Positions 11,935-22,700 of a DNA stretch of 32,000 bases are shown piece after piece; position 1 is the first letter of the stretch; each line of letters opens with the position of its first letter. Source of the DNA: Mycobacterium leprae TN (GTDB lineage Bacteria; Actinomycetota; Actinomycetes; Mycobacteriales; Mycobacteriaceae); the NCBI RefSeq assembly GCF_000195855.1, contig NC_002677.1, positions 1,890,001 to 1,922,000 on the forward strand, given 5' to 3'. Made by a program: the position numbers and the translations under genes. The notes below the pieces were generated by a model, which worked only from the letters and a program-made list of their open reading frames with translations, was not told where the DNA came from and did no database searches.

Positions 11935-13761
11935 CTAGGTCAGGTAGTCTGGCGGCAACGATTCGAACATGACTTTGGTCATCCGGACCGCGTATTCCGA
12001 GCTTCCGCCCCCCACGATCAGCGCTGCAAACGCCAGATCGCCGCGATATCCGACAAACCAGGAATGCGATCCGCCTACGAACTCAGCTTCACCGGTCTTC
12101 CCGAAGATCGCACCGCAACAGCCGGCGATCTCTTTAGCGGTCCCGTTAGTCACCACCAGCCGCATCATCGGTCGCAGCGAATCGATCACCTTCGGGAGGA
12201 TCGGCGTGCTGTCTCCTTCGACTCTCGTTGGCCGTCCGACGATCAGCTGCGGAACCGGGGTTTTGCCAGCAGCTACGGTGGCCGCCACCAAGGACATCCC
12301 GAACGGACTGACCAGCACCCGGCCTTGACCGAAGCCGTCCTCGGTGCGCTCAGCCAGGTCCACCGTTGGCGGCACCGACCCGGTTACCGTGGCGATGCCG
12401 TCCACCTGATAGTCAAGCCCGATCCCGTACTGGTTGGCGGCCTGTGTCAGACCGCGGGGTGGCATCCTGCTGCTTAATTCGGCGAACGTGGTGTTGCAGG
12501 AACTGGCGAATGCACGTGACATCGGCACCACGCCAAGATCAAAACCCCCGTAGTTGAGGATAGTGCGGTGCCCAATGTCAATGCGGCCAGGGCAACCTAA
12601 CATCGTATTGGGGGTAGACATATCCCGGTCGATGGCCGCGCCGGCGGTGACCATCTTGAAGGTCGACCCAGGTGGGAACAGACCGGTAGTAGCAAGCGGG
12701 CCGTCAGCGTTTGCCCCCGCATTCTGCGCGATCGCAAGGATCTGCCCAGTCGACGGTTTGAGTACGACTATCATCGCCTTACCGCCGCGGCTATCTACCG
12801 CGTGTTGAGCGGCATTCTGCACGAACCGGTCTAGCGTGATCGAGACCGACGATGCCGGGGACGGTTCGACCTCGTGCAGCACCGCGACGTCGACGCCATT
12901 ACGGTTGACACTGACCACTCGCCAACCCGGCTGACCGTCGAGTTCGTCGATCACGGCTTTCTTCACCTCGGCGATGACCGACGGGGCGAAATGCGAGTCG
13001 GTCGGCAGTAAGTCGGCTTGGAGCGTAACCACAACGCCAGGCAGCCTGCCGATCACCGAAGCGACCCGGTCGTTGTCATCAGGGCGCAGCGTGACCAAAC
13101 TCAGTGGCTCCGTCACCGAGCTGGCTTTTTCGGCTAGCAGCTGCGGATCGTTGAGGGTGTCATCAAAAGGGTGTAAGGCTTCGACCACCGCACGTGCCGT
13201 CCCAATCAGGCTGGACCCGGCCAAAGTGGCGTCCAGCGCGTAGTGGTGCAGGTAGCCCGGCACCAACACATCGCTGCCCCCGAGTTCGTTCACTGAAGCG
13301 CGCCGCGGCGGATTCGCGCGCAAAGCAAACGTCTGATGCTCGCCCAATCTGGGATGCAGCCCGGTTGCAGTCCACCGAACCTGCCAGCGCCCCTCGTAGC
13401 GCACCATCTTCAGCTGCCCATCATAGCTCCACGTCCGGTTCTTCGGCAGGTGCCAAGTGAAGCGGTAAGCAATGGTGCCAGTGTCCTCGACGTATCTCGC
13501 ACTGATGAGCTGTGCATCCAGGCGGCCAGCTTGTAGTCCAGCCCAGGCTGCGTTGAGCGCTTCATGGGCCTCGTTGGGATTGTCACTAAGTTGGGCAGCC
13601 GTCGCGGTATCGCCGATGGCCAGTGCGTCAAAGAACTTCGCAGCGGCCGGGCCCGGGCCGTTGGGCCGTGGGGTGCAGCCCGACACGGCGATAACTGCGA
13701 CAAAGCACAGACCCGCCACTACCGAAACGAATGACCCTGGTGAGGTTCTTGTGACCATCAT
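11935..13761 (-). CDS. Penicillin-binding protein / transpeptidase lipoprotein (Rv2864c-like)
   Basis: Intact 608-aa ORF: lipobox-like VSGCTP, NTF2-like MecA N-terminal region (FFDALAIGDTATAAQL), SxxK in PPGSTFKM, SxN-type region SCNTTFAEL, and KTGEAEF. Confidence 0.94.
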   Translation of the reverse strand: MMVTRTSPGSFVSVVAGLCFVAVIAVSGCTPRPNGPGPAAAKFFDALAIGDTATAAQLSDNPNEAHEALNAAWAGLQAGRLDAQLISARYVEDTGTIAYRFTWHLPKNRTWSYDGQLKMVRYEGRWQVRWTATGLHPRLGEHQTFALRANPPRRASVNELGGSDVLVPGYLHHYALDATLAGSSLIGTARAVVEALHPFDDTLNDPQLLAEKASSVTEPLSLVTLRPDDNDRVASVIGRLPGVVVTLQADLLPTDSHFAPSVIAEVKKAVIDELDGQPGWRVVSVNRNGVDVAVLHEVEPSPASSVSITLDRFVQNAAQHAVDSRGGKAMIVVLKPSTGQILAIAQNAGANADGPLATTGLFPPGSTFKMVTAGAAIDRDMSTPNTMLGCPGRIDIGHRTILNYGGFDLGVVPMSRAFASSCNTTFAELSSRMPPRGLTQAANQYGIGLDYQVDGIATVTGSVPPTVDLAERTEDGFGQGRVLVSPFGMSLVAATVAAGKTPVPQLIVGRPTRVEGDSTPILPKVIDSLRPMMRLVVTNGTAKEIAGCCGAIFGKTGEAEFVGGSHSWFVGYRGDLAFAALIVGGGSSEYAVRMTKVMFESLPPDYLT

Positions 13762-13925
13762 CGCTGATGTTAAGAACTGAAACCTGAACTACAGCATCGA
13801 CACACCGAAACCCACCAATTATCGGACGTAGAGTCGATATACGAGACATACGCGTATATTAACCAGCTCACAGTCGTTGTAACAGCCTACACTTGTGGTA
13901 ATTAGTTTATCTAAGTATTGTATGT

Positions 13926-14182
13926 ATGTAAGCATTGTCGATTTCTAAGGTCAAAGACAAGTTGAATAGGGACCGCAGGAGCAGAGCACCATCATAAGGA
14001 ACGGTGCGTCGGCAGCCGTTATTGTCGGAGCCGACGAGTAGAAATCGTTACATGAGACGCTTTACTCGCTGTCGCAACCCGGAACCAAAGAGTGGATTAT
14101 CGAAGCCGACATTGCGGCCGACCGCACCTACGACGAAAGCGAAATCCGTACGGAATTCGGCGTCCCGCGACGCCCTCGCTAA
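13926..14182 (+). pseudogene. relF: RelB/Phd-type antitoxin pseudogene (RelF, Rv2865-like)
   Basis: ISKVKDKLN ... SAAVIVGADE*KSLHETLYSLSQPGTKEWIIEADIAADRTYDESEIRTEFGVPRRPR*. In-frame TAG at 14039..14041 replaces the expected Trp codon. Confidence 0.82.
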
Positions 14183-14186
14183 ACAG

Positions 14187-14451
14187 AGCCCTACACCGTC
14201 TAGTTTACCCCAACCGCGCGTCGAGATCTCCGCAAGCTGCCGCCACGAGTCCTGTCTGCAGTAGTCGAATTCACCTTGGGTTATCTATCTCATGAACTCC
14301 GTCGGGTCGGCAAGCCCCTGCGGCGCGAATTAGTCGGCACGTTCAGCGCACGCCGCCGAACCCTACCGCATGGTTGTACCACATCGACGACGGAAGGACG
14401 ACGGCAACGACCGTGTGCGTCGATCACCGCGCAGATACATACCGGCGGTGA
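14187..14451 (+). pseudogene. relG: RelE-type toxin pseudogene (RelG, Rv2866-like)
   Basis: PYTV*FTPTARRDLRKLPPRVLSAVVEFTLGYLSHELRRVGKPLRRELVGTFSARRRT ... VDHRADTYRR*. TAG at 14201..14203, the expected ATG is absent, and there is a frameshift before the end. Confidence 0.82.
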
Positions 14452-14939
14452 GTTCGGACTAGCCCCGGTGGATCACCAGCTAGGGAATATTCGGATGCCA
14501 GCAGTCCTATCATCACACCGTCCCGCGACTGCCACCGGGAGGCGTTTCACCACTAGTTCATCACGCCTACTCGCCGAAATCCCACAGATTCGTAACACTG
14601 AATAGCCCCGGCATTGTCCAAAGGCTAGGTCAATCGTGATGCGACGGTCGGTCTGTTTCGATGAACAGCCAGTTGATCAGCGTCTACAGGGCGTCGCTAC
14701 CATACCCGCGGCGGTAGTGGTCGAGGTGCATAAATATGTCTAATACCCGCTAACCAAACCAACCAGTTCAACATGCATGGACACAAGACCATACAACCAT
14801 GCGACGATGCTTCCCGACCAGGACCGGCGAGTCATGGCTAAGTGGTCCGATCCGCAACTTCGTCTAACGTCCAACCTACGTTACCTACCGGGCCGTTCTC
14901 AGAATTTTTAAGCTCTGCCGTCGATCTCAGGAGCAACGG

Positions 14940-15755
14940 TCTAGCCCCAGCAGCACCGTCACTACGGTGCTGACCTCGATGAAACCACTGGGGCCGTACG
15001 CAACACAGTGTTGAAATTTTTCTCCCATATACAAACTGGCGAAGCGTCCGCAGCCCACGATCACAGCAGCCAACGTTGCGGTGCCGCTGAAGCCCCAAGT
15101 CCAGCCCAGACACCACTCCGGATGCATCCAGACACCTCTTGAATCTGCCCAACCGCCGGAGACTGCGATCCCACACCAGCTTTGAAAACGACCTGCCCTT
15201 ACTCGAAACGGTCCCACGCACGTCCGGCCGCAATGAGACTGGCCACCCGGCGACGATAACCGCGACCACCGTCGCCCAGCCGAGGGTCCACGCCCATTTC
15301 GCCGACGAACATGTCGATGGCGACACTAGGTAGGCATCCGGCGCTCCTCTGGCCGAACTTGACGCACTGCGGGATTGATCTCGAAGTTCGGGTGCACTTG
15401 AGGGCCGTCAGTGGTTGGTACTCGCGTACATCACGCTCCGGACCCCAGGCCAACTCGAGTCGACGCCACATCGGCATCACCAATTCGGTTCTTACTGACC
15501 AGAGACGAACAACGCCTCGACGGGTCCACAGTTTTTTCCCACCAATCGACTGGGGATCGATGCCGTGGTCTGACAATCTGGGCCACGACCATGCTGATCC
15601 GACCGGGTCGTCTTCGAATACCTTCCATACCGCGGTGGCTTAGCACACTACCGACACCCGTGGCTCACCGACAAAACGAAAGAAATATTGGATGTAGCCG
15701 ATATCTGGCGAACTCTCTATAAGGCTAACTCGAAGCCAAGTCAAGCAGGCTAGCC
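14940..15755 (-). pseudogene. GNAT family N-acetyltransferase pseudogene (Rv2867c-like)
   Basis: Minus-strand fragments VREYQPLTA, VAIDMFVGEMGVDPRLGDGGRGYRRRVASLIAAGRAWDRFE, HPEW.LGWTWGFSGTATLAAVIVGCGRFASLYM and YGPSGFIEVSTVVTVLLG in successive frames. Confidence 0.8.
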
Positions 15756-15760
15756 CCACC

Positions 15761-16939
15761 TCAGTTTACGGTCACAACCGGTGAACCGCTCCTTGTCGTT
15801 TCTGAACAGTGATCACTGCCTTTCTCGGTCCCCATCTCGGAGACAAGCCGCATGGCCTCCTCGATCAGCGTCTCGACAATCTGGGCTTCGGGTACGGTCT
15901 TGATCACTTCACCCTTGACAAAGATCTGGCCCTTGCCGTTTCCGGACGCGACACCCAGGTCGGCGTCGCGGGCCTCACCAGGCCCGTTGACGACGCACCC
16001 CATCACGGCGATCCGCAACGGCACCTCGAGTCCGTCCAACCCAGCGCTGACTTCATTGGCCAGCTTGTAGACGTCGACCTGCGCACGGCCGCACGACGGG
16101 CAGGACACAATCTCGTGTGAACGTGGCCGAAGGTTGAGCGACTCGAGAATTTGGTTGCCAACCTTGATCTCTTCGACCGGCGGCGCCGATAGCGAAACCC
16201 GGATGGTGTCGCCGATGCCCTTCGACAAAAGTGCTCCGAAGGCGACCGCGGACTTGACGGTGCCCTGGAAAACAGGACCGGCCTCGGTGACACCGAGGTG
16301 CAAGGGGTAGTCGCACTGGGCGGCCAGTTGCTCGTAGGCGGCGACCATCACGACGGGGTCATGGTGCTTGACGCTGATCTTGATGTTGCCGAAGCCGTGC
16401 TCTTCGAACAGTGATGCCTCCCACAGCGCAGACTCCACCAGTGCTTCGGACGTGGCCTTGCCGTACTTGTCCATGAACCGTTTATCCAGCGAGCCGGCGT
16501 TGACGCCGATGCGGATCGGGATACCGGCCGCGGCCGCGGCTTTGGCAACCTCACCGACCCGGCCGTCGAATTCCTTGATGTTGCCGGGGTTGACCCGCAC
16601 CGCGGCACACCCGGCGTCAATGGCGGCAAAGATGTATTTCGGCTGGAAATGTATGTCGACAATCACCGGAATCTTGCTGTGCCGGGCGATTTCGGCAAGT
16701 GCGTCAGCATCCTCTTGACGCGGGCAGGCCACCCGAACGATGTCACAGCCGGCAGTGGTCAACTCCGCAATCTGCTGCAACGTCGCATTGACGTCATGAG
16801 TCTTGGTGATGCACATCGACTGCACGGAGATCTGGTGATCACTACCGACCCCAACGTTGCCGACCATCAATTGACGCGTGATACGCCGGGGGGCAAGCCC
16901 GGGAGCCGGAGCCTCGGGCATGCCCAGACGCATGTTCAC
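15761..16939 (-). CDS. ispG: 4-hydroxy-3-methylbut-2-enyl diphosphate synthase (flavodoxin), MEP pathway
   Basis: Intact ORF with [70 protein letters not shown] and [27 protein letters not shown]. Likely GTG start at 16939; the track ORF extends to 16963. Confidence 0.96.
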   Translation of the reverse strand: MNMRLGMPEAPAPGLAPRRITRQLMVGNVGVGSDHQISVQSMCITKTHDVNATLQQIAELTTAGCDIVRVACPRQEDADALAEIARHSKIPVIVDIHFQPKYIFAAIDAGCAAVRVNPGNIKEFDGRVGEVAKAAAAAGIPIRIGVNAGSLDKRFMDKYGKATSEALVESALWEASLFEEHGFGNIKISVKHHDPVVMVAAYEQLAAQCDYPLHLGVTEAGPVFQGTVKSAVAFGALLSKGIGDTIRVSLSAPPVEEIKVGNQILESLNLRPRSHEIVSCPSCGRAQVDVYKLANEVSAGLDGLEVPLRIAVMGCVVNGPGEARDADLGVASGNGKGQIFVKGEVIKTVPEAQIVETLIEEAMRLVSEMGTEKGSDHCSETTRSGSPVVTVN

Positions 16940-16991
16940 TGTTCCCCATTTCTCGGTTTTCACTATTGGCTTTCTCGTTTTTCACTATTGG

Positions 16992-18206
16992 CTATTGAAA
17001 AAGCCTGATTGGGTTTACCAGATCGGCGGTCACGGTCAACAGCACATACCCGACTACAAAGACCAAGACCACATAGGTCGCGGGCATGAGCTTGAGATAG
17101 TTCACCGGCGCGGCCACGACCACGCCACGTGCGGACCGGATGAGGTTACGGATCCTCTCGAATACGGCAATGGCGATGTGGCCGCCATCGAAAGGCAGCA
17201 ACGGCACCAGGTTGATGGCACCCAGAATAAGGTTCAGCTGCGCCAAGAAAAACCAGAACGCCACCCACAGCCCATGATCGACGGTGTCGCCGCCGATGAT
17301 GCTGGCGCCGACCACACTCATCGGCGTCTGCGGGTCACGCTGTCCACCACCGATAGCGTGCACCAAGGCACCCAGCTTGGTCGGTATGGTGACCAGAGCC
17401 TTGCCCACCTCGACGGTCAAATCCCCGGCGAAAGCGGCGGTGGCGGGCAAAGCGGAGAATACGCCGTAATGCGTGGGCAGCAGATGGTGTGCGCCGACTC
17501 CAATGGCACCGACCGTGGCTGGTTCGAGTTGACTACCCTTTCCTTTGGACATATAGCGCTGGGTAGGCGTGATGTCGACGTAGCTAGTAATCGCAGTGCC
17601 GTCCCGTTCGAAGACAATCGGCACCGTACCATGCAACTTACGCACCACAGCGGCCATGTCATCGAAGGTCGACACCGTAGTATCACCGATCTTGACGACG
17701 ACGTCGCCAGCACGGAGTCCGGCCAGCGCCGCCGGACCTGGGCCAGTGCAGTTTCCGAGCTTGCCCTGGTCCAGTTCCGATGCTACACAAGCAGTTTCAC
17801 CGATTACAGCCCTGGTAGGCATGTGCAGGTTGGGTAGCCCCCAGACCAGCGCGATGCCATAGATCAGCACCAGGCAGATCACAAAGTTCATAGCAGGTCC
17901 GGCGAACAGTACCGCCACCCGCTTCCAGGTCGCTTGTTTGTACATTGCTCGGTCAGATTCGTCAGGCTCCAGCTTCTCAACCGAGGTCATACCGACGATA
18001 TCACAAAAACCGCCTAGCGGAACGGCCTTGATACCATATTGGGTTTCACCGCGCCGGGTCGACCAGAGGGTGGGGCCGAAACCAACAAAATAACGACGCA
18101 CCTTCATGCCAGTGGCGCACGCCACCCACAAGTGGCCACATTCGTGCAGGGCCACCGAAATAAGAATGGCGATAGCGAACAGCACAATGCCGAGAGCGAA
18201 CATCAT
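16992..18206 (-). CDS. rip1: Membrane-embedded site-2 zinc metalloprotease (RseP/Rip1 family)
   Basis: Intact 404-aa ORF with HECGH active site, PDZ region [23 protein letters not shown], and [13 protein letters not shown] motif. Confidence 0.95.
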
Positions 18207-18214
18207 CGAGCCTT

Positions 18215-19435
18215 TTAGGACCTTTCTAAGACCATGTCAGAGACCTTTCCAGAACTCGCTGTTGCTACCGCACACAACGCTCGCTCACGGGCCCAGCGCT
18301 GCGCGTCGAGTACATCATCCACAGTAGCGGGTCCCTCACCCCATTGGGGAGCCCATTGGTCGGCACGCTGCAACACATCCGCGATTGTTGCGACGATGGC
18401 GGGGAAGCCGATCCGACCTTGGAGGAAGGCCTCTGCAGCCTCCTCATTAGCAGCATCGTAAATGGCGGTCATACAGCCGCCGATCTGTCCAGCGTGCCGG
18501 GCCAGCTCGACTGCGGGAAAAACATCGATGTCCAGCGGCTCGAATTCCCAGGTAGATGCGGTAGTGAAAGCACAGGCTCGAGCAGCGCCACCCACCCGCT
18601 GTGGCCAGCCCAACGCCAAAGAAATAGGTAGCTTCATGTCCGGAGGGCTGGCTTGGGCGATCGTCGAGCCGTCGATGAATGTCACCATCGAATGAACAAT
18701 TGACTGAGGGTGCACAACCACCTCAATGCGGTCGTAGGGAATGCCGAACAACAGGTTGGCTTCGATGAGCTCGAGCCCCTTGTTAACCAGAGACGCTGAG
18801 TTCAGCGTGTTCATCGTCCCCATTGACCAAGTCGGATGGACGCCCGCCTGCTCGGGTGTAACGCGCTCCAAGTCGCCGGCGTTCCAGCCACGAAACGGCC
18901 CGCCGGAGGCGGTTAGCACTAACTTAGCAACTTCGTCGGGGGTACCACCGCGCAGGCATTGCGCCAGCGCGGAGTGTTCCGAGTCTACGGGCACGATCTG
19001 GCCTGGCTGCGCCGCGGCCAACACCAGCGAACCGCCAGCTACCAGCGATTCCTTGTTGGCCAACGCCAATCGCGCGCCCGTGTGCAGTGCAGCCAGTGTG
19101 GGTCGCAGACCCAATGCCCCGACCAGCGCATTGAGGACAACGTCAGCCTCAGTCTCCTCAACCAGCCGGGTGACCGCATCGGTCCCGTGGTAAGGGATGT
19201 CGCCGGCCAGCTGAGCCGCGCGATCGTCAGCGATGGCGATATTGGTGACGCCGGTCGCGGCGCGCTGCCTCAGCAGCGTGTCCAGCTGCGCGCCCCCGGC
19301 GGCCAGCCCGACTACCTCGAAACGGTCCGGATTGGCGGCGATAACTTCCAGCGCCTGGGTGCCAATTGAGCCAGTACTTCCCAACACCAGCACGCGGAGG
19401 CGGCCGCCAGCGTGCCCCTCGATCGGATTGTTCAC
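18215..19435 (-). CDS. dxr: 1-deoxy-D-xylulose 5-phosphate reductoisomerase
   Basis: Intact 406-aa ORF: [58 protein letters not shown] and [12 protein letters not shown]-type motifs. Confidence 0.96.
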
Positions 19436-19589
19436 CCCAAGATTGTGCCCGTCCGCTGACTCGACAGGCTAGAAAGCGGACCACGATCGGTACTAAAACA
19501 TATAAATTTTAAGCGGTACCCTAAGCCAGTAGGCCAGAATACTCAGGAGAGTTTTCACCAACACCCAATCAGATTCGGGAGGAATCGCT

Positions 19590-19844
19590 GTGGCCAGCAC
19601 TGAGGGGGAGCACAATGCCGGCGTCGACCCTGCTGAAGTGCCGTCCGTGGCGTGGGGGTGGAGCAGAATCAACCACCACACCTGGCACATCGTCGGTTTG
19701 TTCGCCATTGGGTTGCTGCTGGCGATGCTGCGCGGCAACCACATTGGCCATGTCGAGAACTGGTATCTCATCGGGTTTGCCGCCCTGGTGTTCTTCGTTT
19801 TGATCCGTGACCTGCTAGGTCGCCGACGCGGTTGGATTAGATAG
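19590..19844 (+). CDS. Small conserved membrane protein (Rv2876-like)
   Basis: GTG-start 84-aa ORF, HNAGVDPAEVPSVAWGWSRINHHTWHIVGLFAIGLLLAMLRGNHIGHVENWYLIGFAALVFFVLIRDLLGRRRGW, with two hydrophobic helices. Confidence 0.85.
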   Translation: MASTEGEHNAGVDPAEVPSVAWGWSRINHHTWHIVGLFAIGLLLAMLRGNHIGHVENWYLIGFAALVFFVLIRDLLGRRRGWIR

Positions 19845-19999
19845 CTGGGGCCGATTGCCCGACTACCCGACTACAGTGTCATGCGCCGAGCTTCCCCGAT
19901 GAAAGCTGACATCCTCGAAATCGCTGCGCACTTCTAAAACGAACGTTTCGTCGCCTGGCTGAGGGCCATCCGACGGCTGCAATTTATTGGTAACGATGC

Positions 20000-20660
20000 C
20001 CGATACGGTGGACAATGTCCAGCCTGAGCGGGCAGTACCTTCGGCACCCCCTCCACTACTGGTATACGGTGGGAGGAGGCCACAAACGGCCGCCGCGATG
20101 GCCCACCCCGATTCAGACGCAGTCCGCGACTTTGAACAGTGACACGCAGCCTTTAGACGACCAGCTATCCACTGGCGACCGTGGACTTCAGCTCATCGTC
20201 GAGGCCCCTGATCGTCACCTTGCCCGACATGGTTGCCACTACCGCGCTTGCCTTGCACGGTACGCACGGTAAACGGCCCCAGATGCGTTGACGGCCTTAG
20301 TTTTTTCCCGTGACCACCTCGACTTCGACGTAGCCACAGGCTGCCACGAATCTAGAGTCGGCGAAATTCACCTTCAGCACACATATCGTCAGATGCCACC
20401 GATGCATGCACCCGTGACGGCAGTGCGATTTCAAGGTCGATGACCCCGCCCCGAAAGAGTGGCAAGCTACGTTTGACGTTCAGCCACCAAAACAAACAGC
20501 TTGCCGTCGCGCACATACCCGGGTGTGTTCTGTCGCCTATACGTCGAAATTACGTGATTGGTCACGAGGGCGCACCTCGACGATCGTATCGGCATGCTCA
20601 GTCGCAAATATCCGGATCGACCCACCGTCGTCTTCGATGCGCACGGTGATCGGTTTAGAG
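20000..20660 (-). pseudogene. DUF4097-like beta-repeat protein pseudogene
   Basis: Minus-strand: MLTFETSKPITVRIEDDGGSIRIFATEHADTIVEVRPRDQSRNFDV, then (other frame) RQNTPGYVRDGKLFVLVAERQT, GGVIDLEIALPSRVHACVASD and GKVTIRGLDDE. Confidence 0.6.
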
Positions 20661-20769
20661 GTTTCAAACGTCAGCATATTGTCGTCTCCGTCAGGGGTCC
20701 TGCTAGCAGCTCTCGTTGGATGTGTCGAGATGGCGTCAACGCACCCAGCCACTGACGTGATGTCTGGTT

Positions 20770-21200
20770 ATGGCCGAGCAACCGGCGTCGGACCGACTCG
20801 ATCCCTAGACTAGCTGTGGCGGCAGCGCGGACCAGCCAGGTATTCAGCGATGCTCCCTCACGACGAACGGCCGCCTCGACGGGGTAGCCCGCAGCCTCTC
20901 CGGCAGCCGAAAAATAACTCGCCAGGTAGCCGCCGTCATATTTGGCGACCAACACCCTGTCCATGCTGCCCACGCTGTCAGCGGGCACCTCGTCGAGCGG
21001 AGCGCTGACGATGAAATCCAAATCGCAGCCACACAGCCGAACGTCAACGGATCGTGTTGCCAGCTAGCCGGCGATTTCTTCGGTGGCTAACCGATAGCCC
21101 TTACTAACAAGGCCAGACCGGATAGCTGATTCCAGTGGAGAACTCAGCCGCTCGGCCAAACCCTGCACATCGATGACACCAGCTAGCCGGGACTACGTTC
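20770..21200 (-). pseudogene. HicB/RHH-family antitoxin-like protein pseudogene, adjacent to the DUF4097 remnant
   Basis: Minus-strand: QGLAERLSSPLESAIRSGLVSKGYRLATEEIAG*LATRSVDVRLCGCDLDFIVSAP ... (frameshift) IFRLPERLRA ... VEAAVRREGASLNTWLVRAAATA. Confidence 0.55.
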
Positions 21201-21309
21201 AACTCGTGCCGGACGGGTCAACATAGAGCTGGAAATTCCAGTTATCTATTTATCTATAGTGTCATTACATTTAGATTTAGACGCCACACACAAGTGTCAC
21301 AATAGTGCT

Positions 21310-22170
21310 TTTGACGTCCGGGGGGGTAGCGTGACGGCCGCCGATGCCAGTCGTCGGCTAATGCACCGATCTACCAGCGCACCTTGCAGGTAACCGGCCA
21401 CGGCAATCACCCCGTCATGAGGATGCACTTGGGCAGCCGTGGTCGCGCTGAACAGACACAGCTCGTAAAGGCAATAGTAGCCGACATGCATCCTGACTAG
21501 CACCAGCAGTGCACCACTGATCCGGTTGACTAACTGCAAGATTAACCGTAACTAGCTCGACCAATGGCGAACTTGCCATCACGGCCGCGATGGCAAGAAC
21601 CCCGACAACCAAGGTCGGACTCGCCACGTAGACGAGGTAGATCACCACGCTCCCGATGATTAAACCGCCTCGAAGGCCGGCCGGGGGTGACCGCCAAAAA
21701 GGGCCCGATGGTGCACGACAACGAGGCGATCGCATCGCTTACCCCGTAGCCATACGTCTCGACACCATCCGGTGGACGGGCTCGGAGTCCATCACACACC
21801 GAACGAGCGAGGCGTCAGCACCGTTAGCTTTCAACCCGACAGCAACCACACACCGAGAGCGACCAGCACACAACACCGATCGCCACCGTGGCGTATGGCA
21901 AATCAAATAACGTTGCGCCAGCGAGCCCGCAGCTATGGTCAGCGTCCCGAACAATCCGCATACCTTTAAAGCCGAGTACCGTCCTCGACGGTAGCTGCCA
22001 CCGTGCGGCCCAGGACGTTGAGGCTAGCACGCGGCCGGATGGTTGCCATCGATCGTTCCCTGTACGGCTGCTCGCGTATCACAAAAAGTTAAGTAGCCAG
22101 CATAGCAAACCCACACGAGTTGAGTGCTGCCACCAATTCGGCGGCAAACACCAAACCGACCAGACCCTGA
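21310..22170 (-). pseudogene. CcdA/DsbD-type cytochrome c biogenesis membrane protein pseudogene (Rv2877c-like)
   Basis: Minus-strand fragments TYGYGVSDAIASLSCTIGPFLAVT, GSVVIYLVYVASPTLVVGVLAIAAVMASS and VNRISGALLVLVRMHVGYYCLYELCLF in different frames. Confidence 0.8.
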
Positions 22171-22189
22171 TCCACGAACTTAGGACCTA

Positions 22190-22700
22190 AGCGTCGCCAC
22201 CGGGGCAGACAAGTTCTGCTGCAACCTCGCCGAGGTGGGATTGTTCACGCAAGTCGAGCTGGGCACGCGCGATATAACACCCACAACCAGCTGCCAGGGC
22301 ATATTGTAACGGACACAGATCGAGCTGTGCTTCCCAATTTAAGTTGGTGCAATTCAGGCCCGGCCTGTTACTTAGAGACGAAGCCCTGCATCGCGCCGAC
22401 AGCCGAGTATGCCGCGATGACCAACGAAGGTGCTTGTTTTGCAATCTCGACCATTACTGGCCTTAAGGCCAGGTAATGGTCGAGATTGCAAAACAAGCAC
22501 CACAGCGTCCAGAACGGATAGCACACCACCGGCTTGCCCTACAGGGAAGCACCATTAACCGGAGCACCGCTGAGGATAGTTCCAGTGAAGTTCAGACTAT
22601 CGTCGGCAGCCACCGCACTGGGTACAGCGGCCAGCCCCAACACCAAGGCACTGGCAAGAACAGCAACTAAATTTCACCGAGGACAACAAGCGAATAGTCG
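22190..22700 (-). pseudogene. mpt53: Secreted thioredoxin-fold protein pseudogene (Mpt53-like)
   Basis: Minus-strand LVLGLAAVPSAVAADDSLNFTGTILSGAPVNGASL*GKPVVCYPFWTLWCLFCN, then hairpin sequence, then TFVG ... VGAMQGFVSK* ... LNCTNLNWEAQLDLCPLQY. Confidence 0.8.
22429..22501. repeat. Near-perfect inverted repeat (36- and 37-nt arms, one-base bulge, no spacer)
   Basis: ggtgcttgttttgcaatctcgaccattactggcctt | aaggccaggtaatggtcgagattgcaaaacaagcacc, read directly from the sequence. Confidence 0.97.

Noticed and set aside
16878-17837. 319-aa plus-strand ORF
   Set aside because: Antisense to the well-supported rip1 gene, with no recognisable domain. A long shadow ORF is expected in GC-rich coding DNA.
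21236-21250. Short palindrome ctggaaattccag
   Set aside because: Only 6-bp arms, expected by chance at this window size. No functional context seen.
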